Assembly: GCA_963785265.1 (NCBI GenBank)
Contig: CAWAUN010000010.1
Span: 25,524 to 89,523, forward strand
Source: an uncultured Acidobacteriaceae bacterium
GTDB taxonomy: Bacteria; Acidobacteriota; Terriglobia; Terriglobales; Acidobacteriaceae
Reading direction: 5' to 3'
Length of the DNA: 64,000 bases
The notes below the pieces were generated by a model. It saw only the letters and a list, made by a program, of their open reading frames with translations, made no database searches and was not told the DNA's origin. The position numbers and the translations under genes are program-made. This document shows, piece by piece, positions 1 to 8,800 of this stretch (position 1 is the stretch's first letter; every line of letters starts with the position of its first letter).

Positions 1-2988
1 GAAGTCTGCACGGCCACGGCAGTTTCTTCCAGCCTCAATCCTTCGACCTATGGTCAGGCTGTGAGCTTCACTGCGACGGTGACGGGCAATTCCCCGACGG
101 GAACGGTGCAGTTCACGGTCGACGGCAGCAACCTTGGTTCGCCGGTGGCGCTGAGTTCGGGTTCGGCCACTTCGGTCACCACCTCAACGCTGGCCGTCGG
201 CACCCACACGGTAACAGCGATGTACTCAGGCGACTCGAATAACTCCTTCAGCACGGGCACGCTGAGCGGCGGACAGGTAGTTGGTTCGGCGACATCAGGC
301 ACAGTAGTTACTTCCAGCGGTAGCCCGTCAGCGTACGGGCAGTCAGTGACGTTCACGGCAACGATCAACGGCGAGTACGGGCTGTTGAAGGGCCGCCCGA
401 AGGGCCCGAAAGCGGAGGACGTGACCGGGACGGTGACGTGGAGCGCGAATACCGGCTGCGGCACGACGCCGGTGACGACAGGTAATCCAGGAACAGCGAC
501 GTGCACCACCTCGAGCCTTGCAGTAGGGACGCAAACGATTACGGGGACCTACTCGGGCGACAGCAATCACAGCGGGAGCACCGGCACGTTGAGCGGTGGC
601 CAGGTGGTCAATCAGGCCACGACGTCGCTCAGCGTGACCAGCGTCAGCCCGGCTTCGGAGGACTACGGCGCGGATCAGCAGATCACGATCACGGCAGTGC
701 TGTCGTGGACGGGCGGCGGTGCCGCGCCAACGGCGAACGCAGTCACCATCGGCGGCAACGGGCCCAGCGGCACTTATGGAACGACGACTTGCGCCGCGCC
801 CAGCGGCGACACGATGACCTGCACGAACACCTACACACCCACGGCTGCGGATACGCCGGGGTCTTACACGGAGTCAGCCACGTTTGCGGGAGACATCAAC
901 TACAGCGGGTCGAGCAGTACGCAGACCAACAACTTCGCCATCAATCAGGCGACCTCAAGCACGTCGGTTACTTCGAGCGTGAATCCGTCGTCATATGGGC
1001 AGTCGGTGACATTCACGGCGACGATCAACGGCGAGTACGGGCTGTTGAAGGGACGTCAGAAGGGCGCGAAACGGCAGGACGTAAGCGGGACGGTAACGTG
1101 GAGCACGAATACCGGCTGCGGCACGACCCCGGTGACGACGGGCAATCCGGGAACAGCGACGTGCACGACTTCCAGCCTTCCAGTGGGGACCGACACGATT
1201 ACGGCCGACTACTCGGGTGACGGCAACCACGGTGGGAGCACGGGCACATTGAGCGGCGGCCAGGTAGTGCAATCCGGGGCGGGCACGTCGATCAACGTGA
1301 CCAGCGTCAGTCCGGCTTCGGAAGCCTACGGCCAGGATCAACAGATCGCAATCACGGCCGTGCTGTCGTGGACGGGCAGCGGCGTAGCGCCCACAGCAAG
1401 CGCAGTAACCATAGGTGGCAACGGGCCCAGCGGCACCTACGGAACGACGATTTGTGGCGCGCCGAGCGGCGACACGATGACCTGCACGAACACCTATACG
1501 CCTTCGAGCCTCGACGTAGCAGGAAGCTACACGGAGACGGCGAAATTCGCGGGCGACAGCAACTATGGCAGTTCGAGCAGTCCGCAGACCAACAACTTCA
1601 CCATCACGCAGGCGACCTCAAGCACGTCGGTTGCTTCCAGCCTGAATCCGTCGACCTACGGACAGTCGGTGACCTTCACGGCGACGATCAACGGCGAGTA
1701 CGGGCAGGTCAAGGGACAGCAGAAAGGGAAAGCGAAAGGGCAGGACGTAAGCGGGACGGTGACGTGGAGCGCGAACACCGGCTGCGGCACGACCGCAGTG
1801 ACGGCAGGCAATCCGGGCGTGGCAACCTGCAAGACCTCCAGCCTCCCAGGCGGAACCGATGTAATCACGGCGACCTACTCGGGTGACAGCAGCCACAGCG
1901 GGAGCACGGGCACGTTGAGTGGCGGCCAGGTAGTCAATCCGGCTACCCAGACCATCACCTTCACGATGAACGCACCATCCCAGGCTACGTACGGCACAAG
2001 CTTTACGGTAGCGGCGAGCGCCACCTCAGGATTGCCGATTACCTACAGCAGCGCAGGATCGTGCAGCAACGTCGGCCCGGTTTACACGATGACCAGTGGC
2101 ACCGGGACGTGCACGGTAACGGCGAGTCAACCCGGAAACAATGACTACCAGGCCGCTTCGCCGGTCAACGAGTACACGACCGCCGAGCGGGCCAACCAGA
2201 CTGTGACCTTCACGGGCGCACCGGCGGAAGCGCCCTATAACAGCACGTTCGTGATGATTGCGACCACCAACGCTTCAACGGTGGCGTACATCACCACAAA
2301 CAACTCCAGCACCTGTTCCTTGTCCGGACCGTATTCGCCGGTTACGGTGACGATGCTGAAGGATAGCGGCAAATGTACGTTCACGGCCTCGTGGGGGGCG
2401 GATCAGAACTACAACCCCGCCACCGCCACGCAGAAAACGACCGCAGAAAAAGCAACGCCTGTGATTACCTGGGCGACGCCGGCGGCCATCACTTATGGCA
2501 CGCCTCTAAGCGCGACTCAACTGGACGCCACAGCCAACGTAGCTGGAAGCTTCGTTTATTCTCCTGCAGCGGGGAAGATCGAACCGGCCGGCTCTGACAC
2601 GCTGAAAGTGACGTTTACGCCAAGCAACGCAGACTATTCCACGACAACTGACACGGTAACGCTTCAGGTGCTCCAAGCCGCTACGATGACGACGATCACT
2701 TCGCCGAGTGGAACGATCACCCTGAGCAAGAAAGGCACGGCAACAACAATCCTGAAGTTCAACGTGACGTCTTACGAGCCAACTGGCAGCGTTGCGTTGA
2801 CGGCCAGCACCGGCGAAACATGTTCGGGGACTCTCGCTCCCGCTACCGGGGATGGGAACTGCAAGCTGACGTTCAATACCACCGGGACGAGGACGATCAT
2901 TGCAACCTATGGAGGAGATGCCAATCATACCGGCAGCAACAACTCTGGACAAACGCCACCTGTCACAGTAACGGTGAATCCGTACTGA
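1..2988 (+). CDS. Ig-like-domain repeat protein, secreted/surface (5' end lies upstream of the window)
   Basis: Frame 1 is open from nt 1 (EVCTATAVSSSLNPSTYGQAVSFTAT precedes the listed start at 61). Consecutive ~100-aa modules carry the Ig-like signature YGQSVTFTAT..GTVTW..C..Y/TYSGDSNH.GSTGTLSGGQVV. Thr/Ser/Gly-rich; stop at 2986-2988. Confidence 0.85.
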   Translation, partial: EVCTATAVSSSLNPSTYGQAVSFTATVTGNSPTGTVQFTVDGSNLGSPVALSSGSATSVTTSTLAVGTHTVTAMYSGDSNNSFSTGTLSGGQVVGSATSGTVVTSSGSPSAYGQSVTFTATINGEYGLLKGRPKGPKAEDVTGTVTWSANTGCGTTPVTTGNPGTATCTTSSLAVGTQTITGTYSGDSNHSGSTGTLSGGQVVNQATTSLSVTSVSPASEDYGADQQITITAVLSWTGGGAAPTANAVTIGGNGPSGTYGTTTCAAPSGDTMTCTNTYTPTAADTPGSYTESATFAGDINYSGSSSTQTNNFAINQATSSTSVTSSVNPSSYGQSVTFTATINGEYGLLKGRQKGAKRQDVSGTVTWSTNTGCGTTPVTTGNPGTATCTTSSLPVGTDTITADYSGDGNHGGSTGTLSGGQVVQSGAGTSINVTSVSPASEAYGQDQQIAITAVLSWTGSGVAPTASAVTIGGNGPSGTYGTTICGAPSGDTMTCTNTYTPSSLDVAGSYTETAKFAGDSNYGSSSSPQTNNFTITQATSSTSVASSLNPSTYGQSVTFTATINGEYGQVKGQQKGKAKGQDVSGTVTWSANTGCGTTAVTAGNPGVATCKTSSLPGGTDVITATYSGDSSHSGSTGTLSGGQVVNPATQTITFTMNAPSQATYGTSFTVAASATSGLPITYSSAGSCSNVGPVYTMTSGTGTCTVTASQPGNNDYQAASPVNEYTTAERANQTVTFTGAPAEAPYNSTFVMIATTNASTVAYITTNNSSTCSLSGPYSPVTVTMLKDSGKCTFTASWGADQNYNPATATQKTTAEKATPVITWATPAAITYGTPLSATQLDATANVAGSFVYSPAAGKIEPAGSDTLKVTFTPSNADYSTTTDTVTLQVLQAATMTTITSPSGTITLSKKGTATTILKFNVTSYEPTGSVALTASTGETCSGTLAPATGDGNCKLTFNTTGTRTIIATYGGDANHTGSNNSGQTPPVTVTVNPY
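289..1935 (+). repeat. Intragenic tandem repeat, ~660-bp period (two Ig-like modules per unit), ~2.5 copies
   Basis: The Tyr codon of YGQSVTFTATINGEYG sits at 334, 994 and 1657 (offsets 660 and 663 nt). The string acgatcaacggcgagtacgggctgttgaaggg is identical at 361 and 1021. Confidence 0.85.
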
Positions 2989-3177
2989 CGCAGCCGGGGG
3001 CTGCCCAGTACTCGTTTCAGGGCTGGCGGACGCTCCGCCGCCCAGACACGGTCGCGATGTTACGCCAACCGCTCGATTTTCGGCAGAAACACGGAGTAGC
3101 GCCCCTGAAGCGAGCGCGTCATCCGCTTCAAATTCCACCATTGGCCAGACGACAAATGCCCGCCGACTCCGGTGCGT

Positions 3178-5253
3178 TCATTGAAAATTATTGACCAGTG
3201 TCACAGAGGTAGGATTTGTACCCGCTGAATAGGGAGAATCGCCTAGTTGGCCGAGGTTGCCGTTCGTCCGGTCGACTTGAAACCCGGAAACGGTACTGCC
3301 AGCGTTGTTCGCCGCGTATACAAAGCTGTCAGAAAGGTCCAAGGTCAATCCGTAGGCGAGCGACACTCCGAGGAAAGGCGATTGTTGCAGGAGTTGTAGA
3401 TTGCCTTTGGTATCGAAGATTCGATATCCAATGATCGAAGTCGCGCCTCCAACATACAGGTGATTTCCCGGAGGATCGGCAACGATCGAATTTGACGAGC
3501 CAGAACCGACGAATGGAGAACCCGAAAGTTGGAGCAATTGGCCGGTGACTGAGTCGATTGCGTAGGCGGAGATGTTCTCTGACGACTGATTCAAGGCATA
3601 CAGATATTTTCCATCCGGGGTAATGGTCAGTGCCAGAGGCAAAGTCTCGGCGTTGACGGAGAAGACATTTTGCAACGTGCCGGTCCCGGCATCGATCTCA
3701 AGAATTGAGACCGTGTTCGACTGTGCATTGGCTACATAAACGAACTTGCCCCGCGGATCGATGACCAAAGCCCGCGGACCGGAACCTGAAGTTGCAAAAG
3801 GCGACCCCGGAACGGAGGTCAGTGCGCCACTGGGATTGACTGAATATCCGGAGATGGTATTGGAGGCGTCGTTCGCGACATAAACGTACCGCGCACTGTT
3901 ATCTACCGCAACTGCGGACGGATTCGTCCCGGCGAGATAGGGCGACCCGGGAGCGGGAGTAAGTGAGCCAGTCTGCGAGTTGATGGAAAATGCCGAAACA
4001 TTATTGCTACCGGCATTCGCCGTGAAGAGGAACGCTCCGCGCAAATCGGACACAGCCGATTGGGGCGACTGCCCGGTGGCGAACGGGGAGCCGCTTAGCG
4101 TTCCGAGCGAACCCGTTGCGGCCGAAACCTGGTATCCCCAAATGTCGTTGCTGGTCTGGTTACATTCGTACAGAAATTTCGGTGAATGAGTGACAGGCGC
4201 ATTGCCAGATGCAAGAGCAATGGAAAGTGGACTGCCTCGGGTGAGGATACTGCTCTCATTGAAGAGCGTTCCGGCCTTCGTTATGCCGAGAATCAACACT
4301 TCGTCGGAGTCGTGATCGGCCACGTAGAGCAAAGGTTCGTCTGGGCTGACGGTGAGGGCCAGAGGCCCCGACATTCCGGTTGAGAAAGGCGTAGCAAGTG
4401 GAGTGAGAGAACCAGTGGCGGGATTGAGGGTGTATTGCGAGACGGTCTTATCGGCCGAGTTTGCTACGTAGAGAAAACCTTTCCTTATTGCGGCAGCCAC
4501 CGGGACGGAGCCTGTCGCAAAGGGCGAACCAGGGATTTGAGTCAGCGCTCCGGTTGCTGAATTGATCGAGTAGGCGGAAATGCTGGCACCATTTCCATTC
4601 GGAACGTAGAGAAATTCGCCCTTCTGCTCAATTGCCACGCTTTGCGGATTCGGGCCTGCTGGAAAGGGAGACCCAGACACCGGAGTGATCATGCCGGTGC
4701 TCTGATTGATTGTGAACGCGGAGACACTGTTCGAGTTCACATTTGCCGTGAAGAGGAAGCGACCTTTGGGATCGATGGCCGTGGATATCGGACTATCGCC
4801 AGATAGCGATTGAATTGAAGTTAGAGCACCAGTGCCGGGATCAATCGCAAACACAGCAAGGCCGGAGCCAGTCACGGCAACCAGGAATTTTCCGCTAGGA
4901 TACATGGCGACGCTGAACTCGGGGCCAGTCTGGAATGGAGATCCTGGAACTGGAGCCAGGCTTCCGTTGTTGATATTGATGGCGTAACCCGCTATCCCAA
5001 CATTGCCTTCCGCCACGTACAAAAACGTCTGTGAAGGTGTCACAACCACTGCGCGAGGATCGCTCCCTGAGCCGGTGTAAACGTAGCCCATCGCGCGCAA
5101 AGCGGATTTTCCGATCGCAAATATCGAGACTGTGTCGTCCTGATCGTTCGCAACATAGGCAAAGCGAGGAACCAGAGCATGAGTCGCAGCATACCCGGGC
5201 AGTGCAATGTGCAGGAAAGCGACTGCCGCGAGGAGCTTCCAGTGATGGCTCAT
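3178..5253 (-). CDS. Secreted double beta-propeller protein, lactonase (7-bladed, YncE/Pgl-like) repeat family
   Basis: N-terminal signal-like MSHHWKLLAAVAFLHIALPGYAATHA. About 14 reiterations of the blade motif (F/Y)(L/V)YVAN..SNTVS.(F/Y).I...G.L....GSPF. Confidence 0.8.
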   Translation of the reverse strand: MSHHWKLLAAVAFLHIALPGYAATHALVPRFAYVANDQDDTVSIFAIGKSALRAMGYVYTGSGSDPRAVVVTPSQTFLYVAEGNVGIAGYAININNGSLAPVPGSPFQTGPEFSVAMYPSGKFLVAVTGSGLAVFAIDPGTGALTSIQSLSGDSPISTAIDPKGRFLFTANVNSNSVSAFTINQSTGMITPVSGSPFPAGPNPQSVAIEQKGEFLYVPNGNGASISAYSINSATGALTQIPGSPFATGSVPVAAAIRKGFLYVANSADKTVSQYTLNPATGSLTPLATPFSTGMSGPLALTVSPDEPLLYVADHDSDEVLILGITKAGTLFNESSILTRGSPLSIALASGNAPVTHSPKFLYECNQTSNDIWGYQVSAATGSLGTLSGSPFATGQSPQSAVSDLRGAFLFTANAGSNNVSAFSINSQTGSLTPAPGSPYLAGTNPSAVAVDNSARYVYVANDASNTISGYSVNPSGALTSVPGSPFATSGSGPRALVIDPRGKFVYVANAQSNTVSILEIDAGTGTLQNVFSVNAETLPLALTITPDGKYLYALNQSSENISAYAIDSVTGQLLQLSGSPFVGSGSSNSIVADPPGNHLYVGGATSIIGYRIFDTKGNLQLLQQSPFLGVSLAYGLTLDLSDSFVYAANNAGSTVSGFQVDRTNGNLGQLGDSPYSAGTNPTSVTLVNNFQ

Positions 5254-5308
5254 TTGCAGTTCTCCCCAGCAGATTCGAGAAGTTAGGAAGACCTAATGGC
5301 CCGGATTC

Positions 5309-6673
5309 TCAGTCGAGATGCACAATCCAAACATCTGAGCGTGGCTCACCATACCCCTCGGTTCCTACTTGGTTGTCCCATCCCGAGGTAAAGGCGAACC
5401 AGCGCCCGTCGAGGGAGAGATTGGCATCTGGCAACGTCCAGTAATATTCCGACTCCCAAGTCGAGCGATTGTGGGCGAATCGCCAGACGGTGGAGGCGAC
5501 CCCATCGGTTTCGATGCAAAAGATCTCACCGTCATAAGGCTGCTCGACCTCTTGATCTCCGGTCGGGCTATAGGTGTTCCCGCAGACGGGGACATTGTCA
5601 TTCAACTTTCCATCGTTCCAGACGAAGGCTTTTTCCATCCCCCAGTAGTAAGGCTGTGGCAAAGGATCGATCAATTGCGTCAGATCAGTAAGGTCGTCCA
5701 GCGGGCGCCGGAAGGTATTTAACTCATCGAGAACACCCGGCGCGTTAATGTAAGTGGAAAATCCAACTGCCGCATATCCATCGCAGAGCGGTCCGTGGTG
5801 GATGTAACAGGGCTCGACATCTAATGAAGTTGTATCCCAGATATAAAAGCCGGTTCCGAGGCTTATTCTCACATACTGTCCACTTCCGGAAATCTTCGAA
5901 TGGTTGAATAGAAACCGATCAGGCGCTGTGGCTTGTCCACTGGGTCCCCATTGGCCGCCGATTTGCCCCGTCTCCGTGTTGTACCAGCGGCACCCGAGTT
6001 GCTGGTCGTAAACGATCGCGAATACGCGATGGCTGACCGACTTGCCGCCGGCCGAGATCTCGATACGATTATCGTCATTCGATAGCGTCAGATCGGTGCT
6101 CCTGTTGTTGGGGCCGGCGACCAACGGGGGCTGGGTTCCGCAGGTCGTCGTATCGAAAAGCGGCTGCGTCTTCCCTGTCGAAAATTGGTACGTCGCAATC
6201 GTCAACGGCGCCTTAACCTCGGTGCCATACATCAGGTCAGAGTTGACGAAGCTGAAGGCGGGTCCCGGGCGCAAGGGCAGGACCAAGCCCCCGCCCGAAC
6301 CTGCGCCGGGAAGCGCACTTATCTGCATGGTGTCAGTATTAAAGGCGAAGGCAAAATCTGTTGAGTACTCGCCCGCGACGTAAAACTTGCTGTTGTCGGC
6401 GCTCCACGCGTTTACATCTGCTTTCGGAGAGCGGAAGAAGCTTCCCGGGTGCTTCGGATTTAGATTTTGGTCCGTAACGCGGACGATCATCGCTCCCAGA
6501 TCAGGGTCGGCAAAGACGGTATTTACGGGCGGGGGAACCATCGGAGTCTTTGGATAGAACAGCCGGTTTGTAATGGCATCCGGGTAAGGCTGGATGCCTT
6601 GTGCCCCGGCAAAACTTGCCGCCAGCGTAAGCACTAACAGGCAGAGTGACGAAACGGACTTACGCATCGTCAT
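5309..6673 (-). CDS. Secreted hypothetical protein (beta-rich, no recognisable catalytic motif)
   Basis: 454-aa ORF with signal peptide MRKSVSSLCLLVLTLAASFAGAQG. Same strand as the lactonase-like gene and 55 nt upstream of it. Confidence 0.7.
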   Translation of the reverse strand: MTMRKSVSSLCLLVLTLAASFAGAQGIQPYPDAITNRLFYPKTPMVPPPVNTVFADPDLGAMIVRVTDQNLNPKHPGSFFRSPKADVNAWSADNSKFYVAGEYSTDFAFAFNTDTMQISALPGAGSGGGLVLPLRPGPAFSFVNSDLMYGTEVKAPLTIATYQFSTGKTQPLFDTTTCGTQPPLVAGPNNRSTDLTLSNDDNRIEISAGGKSVSHRVFAIVYDQQLGCRWYNTETGQIGGQWGPSGQATAPDRFLFNHSKISGSGQYVRISLGTGFYIWDTTSLDVEPCYIHHGPLCDGYAAVGFSTYINAPGVLDELNTFRRPLDDLTDLTQLIDPLPQPYYWGMEKAFVWNDGKLNDNVPVCGNTYSPTGDQEVEQPYDGEIFCIETDGVASTVWRFAHNRSTWESEYYWTLPDANLSLDGRWFAFTSGWDNQVGTEGYGEPRSDVWIVHLD

Positions 6674-7122
6674 AGGAAGACTCTCCTCTAGACGCTGAAG
6701 GGAAGGGGGGATACTGCAGTCTAACCAAACGCCACAGTCAGCGTATGCGACAGCTTAGCTTATTTCCGAATTAAGTCAAATCATTAATGATGGAACCAGG
6801 AGATTTCGCTCAAAACCCCTCGCAAAAGGTCAATGAGCGCTATCGCGATCTATTCTGAGCTGACTGCCATCGTGCATTGGTTGAGGCTCAACCTTAGAAG
6901 CGTGCTCGATTGCGGTTCATCCGCGATGCTTGGTTAAGGCTGAGCTTAAAGACTGTGCCGTAATAGGCACTTCCACTCCTCGAGACATCGCGGAACTTCC
7001 GTCTGTGCTGTGCAGGAGCCGTTCGGATCCTATGGGTTTCAATCGTTATCGTAAGAAGCGCGGGCGGAAGAAGGACAGGCCTTAGTCCTTGGGCGGATAG
7101 ATGACAAAATCTTCCACTCTTC

Positions 7123-7153
7123 GGTAGTGGTGCAGTTTAACTGCACCACTACC
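7123..7153 (-). terminator. Perfect 13-bp stem / 5-nt loop hairpin about 190 nt downstream of the FHA gene
   Basis: ggtagtggtgcag-tttaa-ctgcaccactacc. No canonical U-tract on either strand. Flanked by the direct repeat ccactcttc (7114-7122 and 7153-7161). Confidence 0.4.
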
Positions 7154-7344
7154 CACTCTTCCCCGTTAGAAAAACACTAACCCTGCAGTGGCGCAGTCTA
7201 GCTCTCGTTCCCCCCAACCCGGGAACCCTCGTTCCTTAGCTCGTCACTTCCTACAAGCCCGTTTCTGGACCGCGGAGACGAAGCGCTGATGACGGACGGT
7301 CGTTCTGCCGGGGCGTGGAGTCGCGCGTTGCTCAAGCGTCCCAG

Positions 7345-8148
7345 TTATGTAGCAAAAACAGCCTTGATATCTGCGAATTCGATTACGTCCCCTGCTTCGA
7401 GTTGTTTTTGGCCGCCCTCGACCACGATATCATTCACCTTGATCCTTACCTTGTTTTCGGAAGCAGCGATGAAGTAGCCATCCTCGGCTCGGTAAATCAA
7501 GGCTGCGACGCGGGGAGCGAACCAGCGCTTTAGCCGAATGCCGGCCATCTTCGATTTTCCGATTATGGTCAGTTTGCTGGTCAGAACGTAGCGCTGCTGG
7601 TCAGTTCGGCCTTTGACGATCGTCAGCGTGCCAATGGTTTGACGTATGAGGGTGGTATTGACTGGCGACTGACTTAAAGGAATGCCGATTCTCCGGACCA
7701 CAACCGAGCCGGCGGAGGATGCTGCTGCGGCTGCTTTAGTGAGCATTTCTTTCGCTTTTGCCGTGTCCAAGACAACGGTGCGATCAAGCTGTGGCGGCTT
7801 AGGCACTTGCCCGTCGACGGCGATATCGAGAGTTCCATACGGCGCGGCGACCGGACGTACCTCGTCACGAAATTCGATCGTGTGCTTGCCGATGGTAGCG
7901 TTGTCTCCGTCCCTCAGTACCATCTTGCTGATGCGTTGACCATTGACGTACGTGCCATTAAAACTCTGAATGTCTTCGATCACATAGTGATCGCCTTCGG
8001 CGTAGACCTTGGCGTGATGTCCTGAGACCGCAGGATTGTCGATGCGAAACACGTTTTCTGGCTGGCGGCCAATGGTGACTGTACCGCCGCCGGAAAGCAA
8101 GAGCTCTTGTAAAACCTGGTCTTCAAATTTGAGAAACAGCTCGGCCAT
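7345..8148 (-). CDS. FHA-domain protein (N-terminal canonical FHA plus C-terminal degenerate FHA-like domain)
   Basis: TIGRQPENVFRIDNPAVSGHHAKVY..DIQSFNGTYVNGQRI..LRDGDNATIGKHTIEF is a canonical FHA. I prefer ATG 8148 (MAELFLKF) over the ORF maximum at 8229. Confidence 0.85.
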   Translation of the reverse strand: MAELFLKFEDQVLQELLLSGGGTVTIGRQPENVFRIDNPAVSGHHAKVYAEGDHYVIEDIQSFNGTYVNGQRISKMVLRDGDNATIGKHTIEFRDEVRPVAAPYGTLDIAVDGQVPKPPQLDRTVVLDTAKAKEMLTKAAAAASSAGSVVVRRIGIPLSQSPVNTTLIRQTIGTLTIVKGRTDQQRYVLTSKLTIIGKSKMAGIRLKRWFAPRVAALIYRAEDGYFIAASENKVRIKVNDIVVEGGQKQLEAGDVIEFADIKAVFAT

Positions 8149-8364
8149 GGCACGGCTCCAAAATTCGTGATCGGCGAAAGCAATTGTGGTAGGGAGAGAG
8201 CTTTCCTTTGCGTACCACACGACAATCACCTTCTATTCTGCGCCCGAAAACACGGAAGGGAAGAGTACTAAGGTACCCGCCTCCCCTTTGCCCCCCGCGA
8301 AGAGAACATCCGACACCCGGCGAGGCTGGCGGATTCCAGGCAGCGATCGTGTAGCGTGCGAAGA

Positions 8365-8748
8365 TCACTGGGGGAACAGTTTTTCTAAACTCTTGGCAAG
8401 CTTGCGCACGGCCTCGTTGAGTGCAGGAAGGCCGGGGGTGTCGTAGTCTACGTCGAGGCTTTCGAGGTCAACTGTGACGTCCTTGATCAGCTGAGTGGCC
8501 ATTTCAACGCGCTGTCTTACTACCTGCTCCATCAGTTTGTAAGGATCGCCGCCTTTTCCTTGTGCATCGAGCCATTGCTGTACGGCTGCGCTTGCCTGGC
8601 GAGCTCGTTCGGTAGCGGTCCGGAAATCCATCAGAACCTTCACATTGATCATTCCGGTCTTTACTGAGTTTTGCAGGTTCTTAAGCTCTTCGTTGGTTTT
8701 CCTCAGACGAGACGAAAGCTCCGGATCCTTGGTTGGACTGTCCGCCAT
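8365..8748 (-). CDS. Small hypothetical protein, predicted helical/coiled-coil
   Basis: 127-aa ORF lying between the large anchored protein (52-nt gap) and the FHA gene on the same strand. Charged heptad-like sequence (ELKNLQNSVK.., VRKLAKSLEKLF). Confidence 0.55.
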   Translation of the reverse strand: MADSPTKDPELSSRLRKTNEELKNLQNSVKTGMINVKVLMDFRTATERARQASAAVQQWLDAQGKGGDPYKLMEQVVRQRVEMATQLIKDVTVDLESLDVDYDTPGLPALNEAVRKLAKSLEKLFPQ

Positions 8749-8800
8749 GGTTCTGTACTCCTCTACACCAGAAAAGCTGCAAATGCCATCGATTAATTGG

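Noticed and set aside
2990-3004. Short hairpin gcagcc-ggg-ggctgc immediately after the Ig-like gene stop.
   Set aside because: Only a 6-bp stem with a 3-nt loop and no U-tract. This is too weak to call a terminator.
3051-3068. 18-nt exact repeat tcgcgatgttacgccaac, shared with 14751-14768; both copies are intergenic.
   Set aside because: No similarity extends beyond the 18 nt. I estimate the expected number of chance 18-mer matches in 2 x 64 kb as roughly 0.1, which is not negligible. No structure or coding meaning is evident.
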